Assembly: GCA_965214705.1 (NCBI GenBank)
Contig: OZ243972.1
Coordinates: 2,944,001 to 3,008,000, forward strand
Source of the DNA: Alphaproteobacteria bacterium
Lineage (GTDB): Bacteria > Pseudomonadota > Alphaproteobacteria > UBA828
Direction of reading: 5' to 3'
Length of the DNA: 64,000 bases
Part shown: in pieces, positions 9,968-18,299 of the stretch
Position numbering within the stretch: the first letter of the stretch is position 1
Layout of the letters: every line of letters begins with the position of its first letter
Translations under genes and position numbers: made by a program
The notes under the pieces: generated by a model
What the model saw: only the letters and a program-made list of their open reading frames with translations
Told to the model about the DNA's origin: nothing
Database searches by the model: none

Positions 9968-11155
9968 CTAGAACACCACTGGCGGAGGCTTCTGGATCTT
10001 CCACCGCTCGACGAACCGGTGCTTCCCGTCCTTTACTTCGACGATCACCATGGGCCGCCAGATGTCGCCATGGCGCTCGCTCGTGAACGTGGTCGGCCCC
10101 ACCAGCAGCGGCACCTCGTTGAAGTTCTCGAGCGCTTCGCGAACCGCATCCGTGTCGAAGCTGCCGGCCCTGTTCACGGCCTCGGCGTAGGCCTGGATCT
10201 CGCTGTAGCCGATCACCGCGAATGCGCGCTGGGTGATGTCAGGATCGGCCTCGATTTGCCGCCGGACGAACGCGTTCACGTCCTCCCAGGGATCATCGAG
10301 ATAGGTCGAGATGTAGGCCGCGTTATAGAAGTTGTCCAAGCCCGGCACGGACTCGAGCCAATAGTCGCCGTCACCGCACACGCCGGTCACGATCGGCGTC
10401 TCGATGCCGGCCGCCCTGATCTGCCGCGCCGCGACGGAGAGTCCCGGATTGCAGCTCGGCACGAACAGGAAATCGGGCGCGGTCTCAAGCCCCCTGATGC
10501 GGCTGACCTGTGAGGCAATGCTGGTGTCGGTCAGCAGGAAGGTATCCCGTCCGACAACGCTGTCTTCGCCCTCGAGCTCGACCCAGCGCGTCTCGAAATA
10601 CTGCGAGCACGTCTTGGTGTAGTCGATGAAGGTATCGGTCAGCAGATAGACCGTCTTCCACCCCTTACTCATCGACGACCACTCGGCGAGCGAGCCACAC
10701 TCATCGGGCGTCTGCGTGTCGAGGCTGAAGGCGTTGGGGCCGACGCCCTGCGCGCCGAAGCGCGGCGAGCCGGCGCAGCCGAGCGCGATCATGCCGTTTT
10801 CCTGAGCGACCGAGGCGGACGGGCCTCCATAGTCGAAGTCGCAGCTGACACTCAGGATGTCCGCGCCTTCGTCGATCAGCTCTTGCGCGGCGATCACCGC
10901 CTGAGCCTTGTCGGTCTTGGTATCGCGCCAGATCGACGTCAGTTTGCGGCCGAGCAACCCGCCTTCGGCATTGATGTCGTCAATGGCGAATTCGATACCC
11001 AGCTTGGCTGGCATGTCATAGGCCGACATGAACCCCGTGCTGGACTTCGCAATGCCGATGACGAGCGGATCTTCGTCAGCGCGCGCTTGTGACCCGGCGC
11101 ATACGACCAGCGCCGCGGCCCCTGCGGCGAGCACCACATTTGTAAGCAATCGCAT
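9968..11155 (-). CDS. ABC substrate-binding protein (Leu/Ile/Val-binding family)
   Basis: Start MRLLTNVVLAAGAAALVV with signal peptide, after a GGAGG RBS; AIDDINAEGGLLGRKL. Confidence 0.9.
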   Translation of the reverse strand: MRLLTNVVLAAGAAALVVCAGSQARADEDPLVIGIAKSSTGFMSAYDMPAKLGIEFAIDDINAEGGLLGRKLTSIWRDTKTDKAQAVIAAQELIDEGADILSVSCDFDYGGPSASVAQENGMIALGCAGSPRFGAQGVGPNAFSLDTQTPDECGSLAEWSSMSKGWKTVYLLTDTFIDYTKTCSQYFETRWVELEGEDSVVGRDTFLLTDTSIASQVSRIRGLETAPDFLFVPSCNPGLSVAARQIRAAGIETPIVTGVCGDGDYWLESVPGLDNFYNAAYISTYLDDPWEDVNAFVRRQIEADPDITQRAFAVIGYSEIQAYAEAVNRAGSFDTDAVREALENFNEVPLLVGPTTFTSERHGDIWRPMVIVEVKDGKHRFVERWKIQKPPPVVF

Positions 11156-11400
11156 CCCAGAACCTCCCTCTCGTGTTGATTTCGTTGGGCCAGGCCAAGG
11201 CGGAGCGCAGCCTTCGAGCACGGCCGCAGGAATGCTACTTGAGCGCCTGAACCGAGACAACCAGCCCAACACAGCGCGGGCTTGCGCCCTTTTCACGCTG
11301 GCCCGCGCGCCCACTTAGGGGTGTCCAGGAGACAGCGGGAGGTGGGGATGGTGGGCGGGGGACGGCCCCCGCAGAGAGGAGCGTCAGACTTCCCTTCGCC

Positions 11401-13488
11401 CTAGTTCGCCGGCCGGGCCCAGATGGCGGTGTCGTGGAACACTGCGCCGCCGTTGGGATAGCCGGGCTCGGCCGAGGTCAGCGTGTTGATCCCGAGCCCT
11501 TCCTCGAAGGCCGTGTTGGGCCAGATGCTCTCGACGATGACGGTGCCGCGTTGCTGGCCATGGGTGGTGCCGTTGGCCCTGCCGTTACCGTTCGCGATAC
11601 GCGCGTGGAGCAGGACCGAGCCGCGCCGGTTGCCGATGCGGATGCGGTCGCCATCCTCGAAGCCGAGATCGCGGGCGTCGCCGGGGTGGAAGAGGGCGGA
11701 GGGCCTGGTCTCCTTGGCTATGCTGGTGGGCGTCTCGGTAAAGCTCGAATTGAGGTAGTTGTGCGCGGGCGCGGTGACGAGGCGGAAGGGATGCTCAGCG
11801 TCCGGTGCCTCCGTCACTGCCATGTGGTCGGGGAAGGCCGGCATTTCGGCGCCGCGCGGGTTCATCCTGACCCAGTCCGGCTTGAAGCGGAACCGTCCGT
11901 CCGGCCAGCCGAAGCCGTTCAGATGATGGGCGCTCTCGAAGTCCGGCATGCAATCCTTCCAGCGCTTAGCCCTGAGTGTCGCCGCATCGGGGTGGCCTGA
12001 GCGCTTCAGCGTCGCGTCGATCAGCTCCCACGCTGTCATGTCGAAGCCCGGATGCTCGGCGCCGAGCCGCTTGGCGAGCGCGCGGATCACGTCGTGGTTG
12101 GAGCGCGTCTCGGCATAAGGCTCGATCACCTTGGCGCCCATCAGCAGGTAGCTGTGGCCGCCGCCCACGTAGATGTCGTCATGCTCCAGGAAGGTGGTCG
12201 CCGGCAGCACGATGTCGGCATAGCGCGCGGTGTCGGTCATGAACTGCTCGTGCACGGCGAGGAAGAGGTCCTCGCGTAGCAGGCCCTCGCGCACCTTGGC
12301 CGATTCCGGTGCCACCGCCGCCGGGTTGACGTTCTGCATGACGATGGCGGTGACCGGCGGGCCGTCGCCGAGGTCGCCCGGATCCCCGGTGAGCACAGGG
12401 CCGATGCGCGACATGTCGAGCAGCCGCACCGAGCGGTCTCTGGCGTCGAGCCCTTCGATCAGCGTGGCATCGACGCCGTAGACGCTCTTGTTGGTGTGCA
12501 TCGCGCCGCCGCCCTCGTGCTGCCAGGCGCCGGTGACAGCCGCGATGCAGGTGGCGGCGTGCATGTTCGCGGCCCCGTTGCGCGAGCGCGTGAAGCCGTA
12601 GCCGAGGCGGATGTAGGTGCGCTTGATGCGGCCGATCATGCGGGCGAGCGCCACGATCTCGGCCGCCGGAATGCCGGTGATGGCGGATGCCCACGCGGGG
12701 TCGCGGCTCGCGAGATGGGTCTCGAACTCGTCCGGACAGTCGGTGTAGCGCGCGAGGTAGTCGCGGTCGGCGAAGTCCTCGGCGAAGAGCACGTGCATGA
12801 TGCCGCAGGCGAGCGCGCCGTCGGTGCCCGGCCGCAAAGCCACGTGATGATCGGCGACCTTGGCGGTGCGCGTCTCGTAGGGGTCGACCACCACGAGCGC
12901 TGCGTCCCGCGACTTCCGCGCCTTCGCGATGTGGGTCATCACGTTGACCTGGGTGGAGGCCGGATTGCAGCCCCAGACGACGATCAGATCCGCCTTCGCC
13001 ATCTCGCGCGGGTCGGAGCCCACGTACGTGCCGACCCCGGCCCACCAGCCGTCGCTGGAAAGCCGCGAGCAGATGGTCTCGTCCTGCCGCGAATACTTCA
13101 TGACGTGGCGCAGGCGGTTGATGCCGTCGCGCTGCACCAGGCCCATGGTGCCGGCGTAGTAGTAGGGCCAGACCGCCTCCGGGCCGTGCTTCTGCTCGGC
13201 GCGAACGAAGGCGTCGGCGATCTGGTCGAGTGCGTCGTCCCAGCCTATGGGGCGGAACTCGCCGGCGCCCTTCTCGCCGGTGCGCTGCAGCGGCTGCGCG
13301 AGGCGCCCCGGATGGTGCACGCGCTCGGCGTAGCGTGCGACCTTGGCGCAGATGACGCCCGAGGTGTAGTCGTTCTCCCGCGCGCCCCTCACTGCGCCGA
13401 TCCTGTCCGGCGCGAGCCGCTCGACCTCCAGCGCACAGGTCGACGGGCAGTCGTGGGGGCAGGCGGTGGCAACGAACTCGCTCGACAC
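11401..13488 (-). CDS. Molybdopterin (DMSO reductase family) oxidoreductase
   Basis: N-terminal CPHDCPSTC...ICAK Fe-S motif, RPGTDGALA, HEQFMTDTARYADIVLPA; GTG start at 13488. Confidence 0.9.
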   Translation of the reverse strand: MSSEFVATACPHDCPSTCALEVERLAPDRIGAVRGARENDYTSGVICAKVARYAERVHHPGRLAQPLQRTGEKGAGEFRPIGWDDALDQIADAFVRAEQKHGPEAVWPYYYAGTMGLVQRDGINRLRHVMKYSRQDETICSRLSSDGWWAGVGTYVGSDPREMAKADLIVVWGCNPASTQVNVMTHIAKARKSRDAALVVVDPYETRTAKVADHHVALRPGTDGALACGIMHVLFAEDFADRDYLARYTDCPDEFETHLASRDPAWASAITGIPAAEIVALARMIGRIKRTYIRLGYGFTRSRNGAANMHAATCIAAVTGAWQHEGGGAMHTNKSVYGVDATLIEGLDARDRSVRLLDMSRIGPVLTGDPGDLGDGPPVTAIVMQNVNPAAVAPESAKVREGLLREDLFLAVHEQFMTDTARYADIVLPATTFLEHDDIYVGGGHSYLLMGAKVIEPYAETRSNHDVIRALAKRLGAEHPGFDMTAWELIDATLKRSGHPDAATLRAKRWKDCMPDFESAHHLNGFGWPDGRFRFKPDWVRMNPRGAEMPAFPDHMAVTEAPDAEHPFRLVTAPAHNYLNSSFTETPTSIAKETRPSALFHPGDARDLGFEDGDRIRIGNRRGSVLLHARIANGNGRANGTTHGQQRGTVIVESIWPNTAFEEGLGINTLTSAEPGYPNGGAVFHDTAIWARPAN

Positions 13489-13834
13489 GGTGCGTCCTCC
13501 TCGGGGCTGATGCCGGCCGCCCTCACCGATCACATCCCAACGGCTCGGCAGCCCCCTCGATCCGATTCCTCATTTTAGCTCGGAATCATTAGCACGGTCA
13601 TGGCCCGCCCGCGCAACCCGCTCAGACTGAAGCCGGCCCCGAATTGCCGCCAATCGGTCCACTGCAGACCGGGTCGGCCTTCGGGCGACGTTCGGCAGTT
13701 GACCGATTGTGGGTGAGGCAGGTCCAAACCATACTTTGCGGGCTGCGACATTCTCTCGCCGAAATTCCATGCGCAGGTTCGTCTGTGTTTCGGCGATTGT
13801 CGGCTTCAGGCGATGAATGCGGAGACCGCGACCA

Positions 13835-14800
13835 ATGAATGCCGCCCCCAAAATCTTCTGCATTGCGCTTGCTCTTGCGCTGGCCGCCTGTTCCAGCGGG
13901 TCGATGGAAAAAGTCGAATCCGGACACAGCACCAGCTTCGACGGCGAGGTGCTGCGCATCGAATTCGAACGAGAAGACGGCGGCAAGGAACGGTTCAGCG
14001 CACTCAGGGACCGTTGGTACGCCTGGTCCTGGGTGCCCTTCCTGCCCAACCATTCGGGGCGGCGCTGGGTAATGGGAAAGACCAACCGAGAGGGCACCTC
14101 GATCGCCTATGCCCTGGTGAGCTGGGACAATGACGAGCCCACCGACTACCTGGCCGCTGGGTACTGGATGCGCTTCGACGGATTCCGTCGCGACTACGAC
14201 CTTCCCATCGCAGCCGCCGATCTCGTCATGTTCATCGACGGAACGGAGATCGACCCCGCAACTCCGCCCGAACTCCCGGTCTCGGGGACAGCGCGCTACA
14301 CCGGCCAGGCAGGCGGAATCTACACCTACAGCTACGGCGGCGGCTGGACGGGGTACGATGAGCCCGACGCGGGGGAGGAGTTCTACGGCCCGATGACCGT
14401 CGAGGCGAATTTCGACGACATGACCATCGCCGGCTGCATCGGCTGCGCCGGCGACCTCTGGATCGAGCGCGAGCACCTCTACTCGGTTCTTGGTCGGAGA
14501 GTCGCCGAGCCGCTCGCCATGCCCACCGACTACGAAATTCAGTTCGCCCCGACGAAGATCGAGTCCGAAGGCGATTTCCTGGGAGAAGACGTGACGGTCG
14601 CCCATCCGACGCGGACCGTCACGCATTCGAGTGGAGAATGGGACGGAAGCTTCTCCAATCGGCCGGCGGACGCCGGCAACCCGCGCTTCGTTGCCGGCAT
14701 CGCGAGCGCCGAGTTCATGGAGGCCGATGGCAGCGAGGGCGCGTTCAAGTCGATCTTCATCACGGTCCACCCGTCGCTGCTGCCCCCCGAGCAGCCCTGA
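13835..14800 (+). CDS. Lipoprotein, possibly with a TbpB/fHbp-like C-terminal beta-barrel
   Basis: Lipobox LALAAC; ELPVSGTARYTGQAGG and ANFDDMTIAG resemble transferrin-binding-like barrel strands. Confidence 0.6.
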   Translation: MNAAPKIFCIALALALAACSSGSMEKVESGHSTSFDGEVLRIEFEREDGGKERFSALRDRWYAWSWVPFLPNHSGRRWVMGKTNREGTSIAYALVSWDNDEPTDYLAAGYWMRFDGFRRDYDLPIAAADLVMFIDGTEIDPATPPELPVSGTARYTGQAGGIYTYSYGGGWTGYDEPDAGEEFYGPMTVEANFDDMTIAGCIGCAGDLWIEREHLYSVLGRRVAEPLAMPTDYEIQFAPTKIESEGDFLGEDVTVAHPTRTVTHSSGEWDGSFSNRPADAGNPRFVAGIASAEFMEADGSEGAFKSIFITVHPSLLPPEQP

Positions 14801-14929
14801 AGGCGGGTCTCTACGACCGTCACCCCCGTAGCCGCGCGGGGGCGGGGTGCGTGCGCACCGCTGCGGTCGGCAAGGAAATTCGTGCGAATTTGTGGTATTG
14901 AGACGCAAATTCGGAGGTTGGGGCTCCAG

Positions 14930-15391
14930 ATGACGGCACTGCCTGAGAGCGACGCTGCGGCACGCCTGCGCGAAGCCGGGCTCAGGCCCACGCGCCAGCG
15001 CATCGTCCTCGCCCGCCGCCTCTTCAGCGGGCCGCACAGGCATGTCACCGCCGCCGAGCTTCATGCCGAGGTGCTGCGGGAGGAGGCGGGGGTCTCCCTC
15101 GCCACGGTCTACAACACCCTGCACCAGTTCACGAAAGCCGGGCTGCTGCGCGAGCTGGTGGTGGACGCGGGGCCCTCCTTCTTCGACACCAACACCACGC
15201 ATCACCAGCACTTCTTCCTGGAGGAGACCGGGCGCCTGGTCGATGTGCCGGGTGATCGCGTCTCCGTGAGCGACCTGCCGCCCGCGCCGCCGGGGACCAA
15301 GGTCTCGCGCATCGACGTGATCATCCGCGTGACCGGCGACGGGGCAGACGAGGGCTCGAAGGCCGCGCGCGGCGCTCGCACCCTGGAATGA
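14930..15391 (+). CDS. irr: Fur-family iron response regulator (Irr-like)
   Basis: GLRPTRQR, HRHVTAAELH, SLATVYNTLHQF, FFDTNTTHHQHFF. Confidence 0.85.
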   Translation: MTALPESDAAARLREAGLRPTRQRIVLARRLFSGPHRHVTAAELHAEVLREEAGVSLATVYNTLHQFTKAGLLRELVVDAGPSFFDTNTTHHQHFFLEETGRLVDVPGDRVSVSDLPPAPPGTKVSRIDVIIRVTGDGADEGSKAARGARTLE

Positions 15392-15430
15392 TTCCAATCC
15401 GTTGACGGCGGCCGTGCGCTGCGTCATATA
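15382..15430 (+). promoter_or_regulatory. Putative Irr box (ICE) plus sigma70 promoter of the rubrerythrin gene
   Basis: CCTGGAATGATTCCAAT (15382-15398) matches 14/17 of TTTRGAAYNRTTCYAAA; followed by TTGACG (15402)-N17-CATATA (15425). Confidence 0.6.
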
Positions 15431-15513
15431 GAGTGCCGAATGCACCGGCCGTACTCGTGTCCTGCGATGCGGCGGTCAAGCATCTCGAACCATGAGTTAG
15501 GGGGAACAAGACC

Positions 15514-15933
15514 ATGCCAGCATTGGGTGGAAGCAAGACCGAGCAGAACCTCAAGGACGCCTTCGCCGGCGAGTCACAGGCCAACCGCCGCTACCTCTAC
15601 TTCGCCCGCAAGGCGGACGTGGAGGGCCACAACGACGTCTCGGCGCTCTTCCGCTCGACCGCCGAGGGCGAGACCGGCCATGCGCACGGCCATCTCGACT
15701 ACCTGGTGGAGACCGGCGATCCGGCCACCGGCCTGCCGATCGGCCAGACCAGCGAGAATCTTGCGGCGGCCGTGGCCGGCGAGACCCACGAATACACCGA
15801 CATGTATCCGGGCATGGCGCGCACCGCCCGCGACGAGGGCTTCGACGAGATCGCGGACTGGTTCGAGACCCTGGCGAAGGCGGAAAAATCCCACGCCGGG
15901 CGCTTCCAGAAGGCGCTCGACGGCCTCGACTGA
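15514..15933 (+). CDS. Rubrerythrin (short di-iron type without rubredoxin domain)
   Basis: [45 protein letters not shown]. Confidence 0.93.
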   Translation: MPALGGSKTEQNLKDAFAGESQANRRYLYFARKADVEGHNDVSALFRSTAEGETGHAHGHLDYLVETGDPATGLPIGQTSENLAAAVAGETHEYTDMYPGMARTARDEGFDEIADWFETLAKAEKSHAGRFQKALDGLD

Positions 15934-15981
15934 GCGCCCTTCAAGAATGACCGCCGGCCTCGTCTGAGCGTGCTTCAGCGC

Positions 15982-17007
15982 TCAGGCGGGTGCTGGCGCG
16001 CGCATGTATCGGCTCGTCTCGCCGGGCGGGGTCGCGAGCCGGATGACGCCGCTCTCGTTTAGCTCCCGCAGATAGCGAAAGCCCTTGGCGTATTCCGAGA
16101 GGATGTGCTCGCCGGAGCGGAAGCCGCGATAGCGTGACGGCCGCTCGGCCGTGACGAAGGGCGCAAACGGCTCGACCCAGGCATCGAAGTTCGCGGCGAA
16201 GAAGAGCGGCAGCGAGTAGCGCTCCTCGCCGATTCCCACCACGCGATGCGGGCCCGAGGTGAAGAGCCCGTTGGTCCAGGTCTCCAGCGTGTCCCCCACG
16301 TTGACGACGAAGCTGCCGGGCAGGGGCGGCACATCGATCCACTCGCCGTCCACGCTCATCACCTGCAGCCCCGGCTTGGTCTGGTGGAGGATGGTGAAAC
16401 ACTCCGAATCGGTGTGTGAGCCGATCCCGAGGCGCAGCCGTTCCGAGCCGGTGCCCGGCTCCGGCGCGGGGTAGTGGAGGAGCCGAAGGTTGGACGTGGG
16501 CTTCGTGAACATCGGCGCGAACGTGTCTTCCGGCAGGTCGAGAGCGCGGGCGAAGGCAGGGAGCAGCCGGCGCCCAAAGGCCATGACCGCCTCGTAGTAG
16601 CCCCCGACAGTCTCGCGAAAGCCGGGCAGGTCGGGCCAGACGTTGGGGCCGAGGAAGCGATAGCCCGCGACGTAGTCCGGGTCGTCCGCCGGCAGGTCGG
16701 CGGCGAGGTCGAAGGATGCCTTCCGGCCCACGCCCGGCTCGTCGCCGTAGTCCTCTTCGCCCGGTGGCACGTAGCCCCGGTGGTTACGCGACTTCGCGAT
16801 GTGGTAGCGCCGCTTCTCCTTGTCCGGCAGTGCGTGGAAGCGCGCGGTCTGCTCGTAGGTGGCGGCGATCAGCGACTCGGGCACGCCGTGTCCGGTGACG
16901 TAGAAGAACCCGGTTCCCCGGCAGGCCTCGCCGATCGCGTCGCAGAGCGCGCGTCGGGCGGCGCCCTCTCCATTACCGAGAGCACCCGCGTCGATGACCG
17001 GGATCAC
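15982..17007 (-). CDS. 2OG-Fe(II) oxygenase, isopenicillin N synthase family
   Basis: Start VIPVIDA; GFFYVTGHG, HTD, HRV, RYS motifs; GTGA overlap with the upstream gene. Confidence 0.92.
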   Translation of the reverse strand: MIPVIDAGALGNGEGAARRALCDAIGEACRGTGFFYVTGHGVPESLIAATYEQTARFHALPDKEKRRYHIAKSRNHRGYVPPGEEDYGDEPGVGRKASFDLAADLPADDPDYVAGYRFLGPNVWPDLPGFRETVGGYYEAVMAFGRRLLPAFARALDLPEDTFAPMFTKPTSNLRLLHYPAPEPGTGSERLRLGIGSHTDSECFTILHQTKPGLQVMSVDGEWIDVPPLPGSFVVNVGDTLETWTNGLFTSGPHRVVGIGEERYSLPLFFAANFDAWVEPFAPFVTAERPSRYRGFRSGEHILSEYAKGFRYLRELNESGVIRLATPPGETSRYMRAPAPA

Positions 17008-18062
17008 GCGCCGGCCAGGCGGAAGATCTCGGCGAAGGCCGGGTGGATGCCCGCCGCGCCGAATGCCTCGAGATCGCTCGAGCACGAGTTCTGGCTGAGC
17101 ACGGCGGTGATCCCGCTCGGCGCGTGGTGGCCGGCCATGGTGACGTGGCCGCGTAGCTGGCCGAGATGGCCCTCGATCGTGAGGTCGCCGAAGCGGGAGA
17201 CCAGCACCCCGTGGCCGCAATGGGTGATGTTCGTGCCTGGGAAGGAGGCTGGGAGCCGCGGGCCGCGCAGCATGGCGAGGGCGTCGCTCTCCAACACCTG
17301 CCCGGTGAAGAGCGCGTGGAAGCCCCGCGCAAGGTCGCGCGGGGTCGTGACCAGATCGCCCGCAGCCCCGATGCCGGAGAGCGGGAACCAGTTCGATGAA
17401 TCCTCCGGCGGCACCTCGGGCTTGGTGGAATCGAAGACGTATTGGCGGGCCAGCCGTTCGCGCGGGAAGGCTTCGTCGCCTCCGCTCCAGGTCTCGACCA
17501 TGCCCGCCGGCTCGAACACCGCGCGCCCGAGCCACTGGGAGAGCACCTCGCCCCGCTCGCTGGCGACGATCTCGCCCGCCAGCACGTAGCCGGGGTTGGA
17601 ATAGATGAAGGCCTCGCCGGGCGCGATCGGTGTGCCGTTGGCGAGGGCGAAGTCGACGATCCGCTCGGGCGTCCAGTCGTCGGCCGCGCCCCTGGGCATG
17701 AACGCCTCGTACTCGGGCAGGCCGCTCCGGTGACTGAGCAGGTGGCGCACGCGGATCTCGTCCGCGCGCGGCAGGTGTGGGAACCACCCCTCGATGGTCT
17801 GGTCGAGGCCGATCCGCCCTTCGCTCACCAGCGCGAGCACGGCAACCGCGGTCCAGGTCTTCTTGGTGCTCGCGGTCTTGAACAGGTGGTCCGGGGTGAG
17901 CGGCGCTCCCGTCGCGCGGTCGGCGCAGCCGGCGGCGAGCGTCAGCACCTCTTCGTCCGGCCGGACGAGGCCAAGGGAGGCGCCGACGATGCCCCGCCCC
18001 ACGTGCTCGCTCAGCACGCGGTCGAGCTGCGATACCAGAACGTCGGTCTCCGGTTTCAGCAT
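17004..18062 (-). CDS. Serine hydrolase, beta-lactamase/PBP-like family
   Basis: SxxK (STKK), LLSHRSGL, YSN, GHLG; likely start MLKPETD. Confidence 0.88.
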   Translation of the reverse strand: MLKPETDVLVSQLDRVLSEHVGRGIVGASLGLVRPDEEVLTLAAGCADRATGAPLTPDHLFKTASTKKTWTAVAVLALVSEGRIGLDQTIEGWFPHLPRADEIRVRHLLSHRSGLPEYEAFMPRGAADDWTPERIVDFALANGTPIAPGEAFIYSNPGYVLAGEIVASERGEVLSQWLGRAVFEPAGMVETWSGGDEAFPRERLARQYVFDSTKPEVPPEDSSNWFPLSGIGAAGDLVTTPRDLARGFHALFTGQVLESDALAMLRGPRLPASFPGTNITHCGHGVLVSRFGDLTIEGHLGQLRGHVTMAGHHAPSGITAVLSQNSCSSDLEAFGAAGIHPAFAEIFRLAGA

Positions 18063-18299
18063 CCTCGCCCCCGTTCCGTTGCGCCTGCGCTCACCATAGC
18101 ACGGGCCCGCCCCGCGGACGGAAGGCGGGACTGGGCGGGACGACGTGGAGTTCCGCAGCCCAGCCCATGGCCGTGTTCGGCAACGGCGGGTGTGCGCTTG
18201 CTCTTGCACTTCATGGCGCGATACTGCCCCGAGCGGCACGCGCCCTGCACCCCACCATGGTCCGGGGCGTTAGCACGCTGCAGCGAAGGGGGAGCACGC

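Noticed and set aside
18246-18264. NtrC box or sigma54 promoter near the 23-nt motif
   Set aside because: Half-site spacing and GG-N10-GC spacing are each off by one and the second half-site is degenerate
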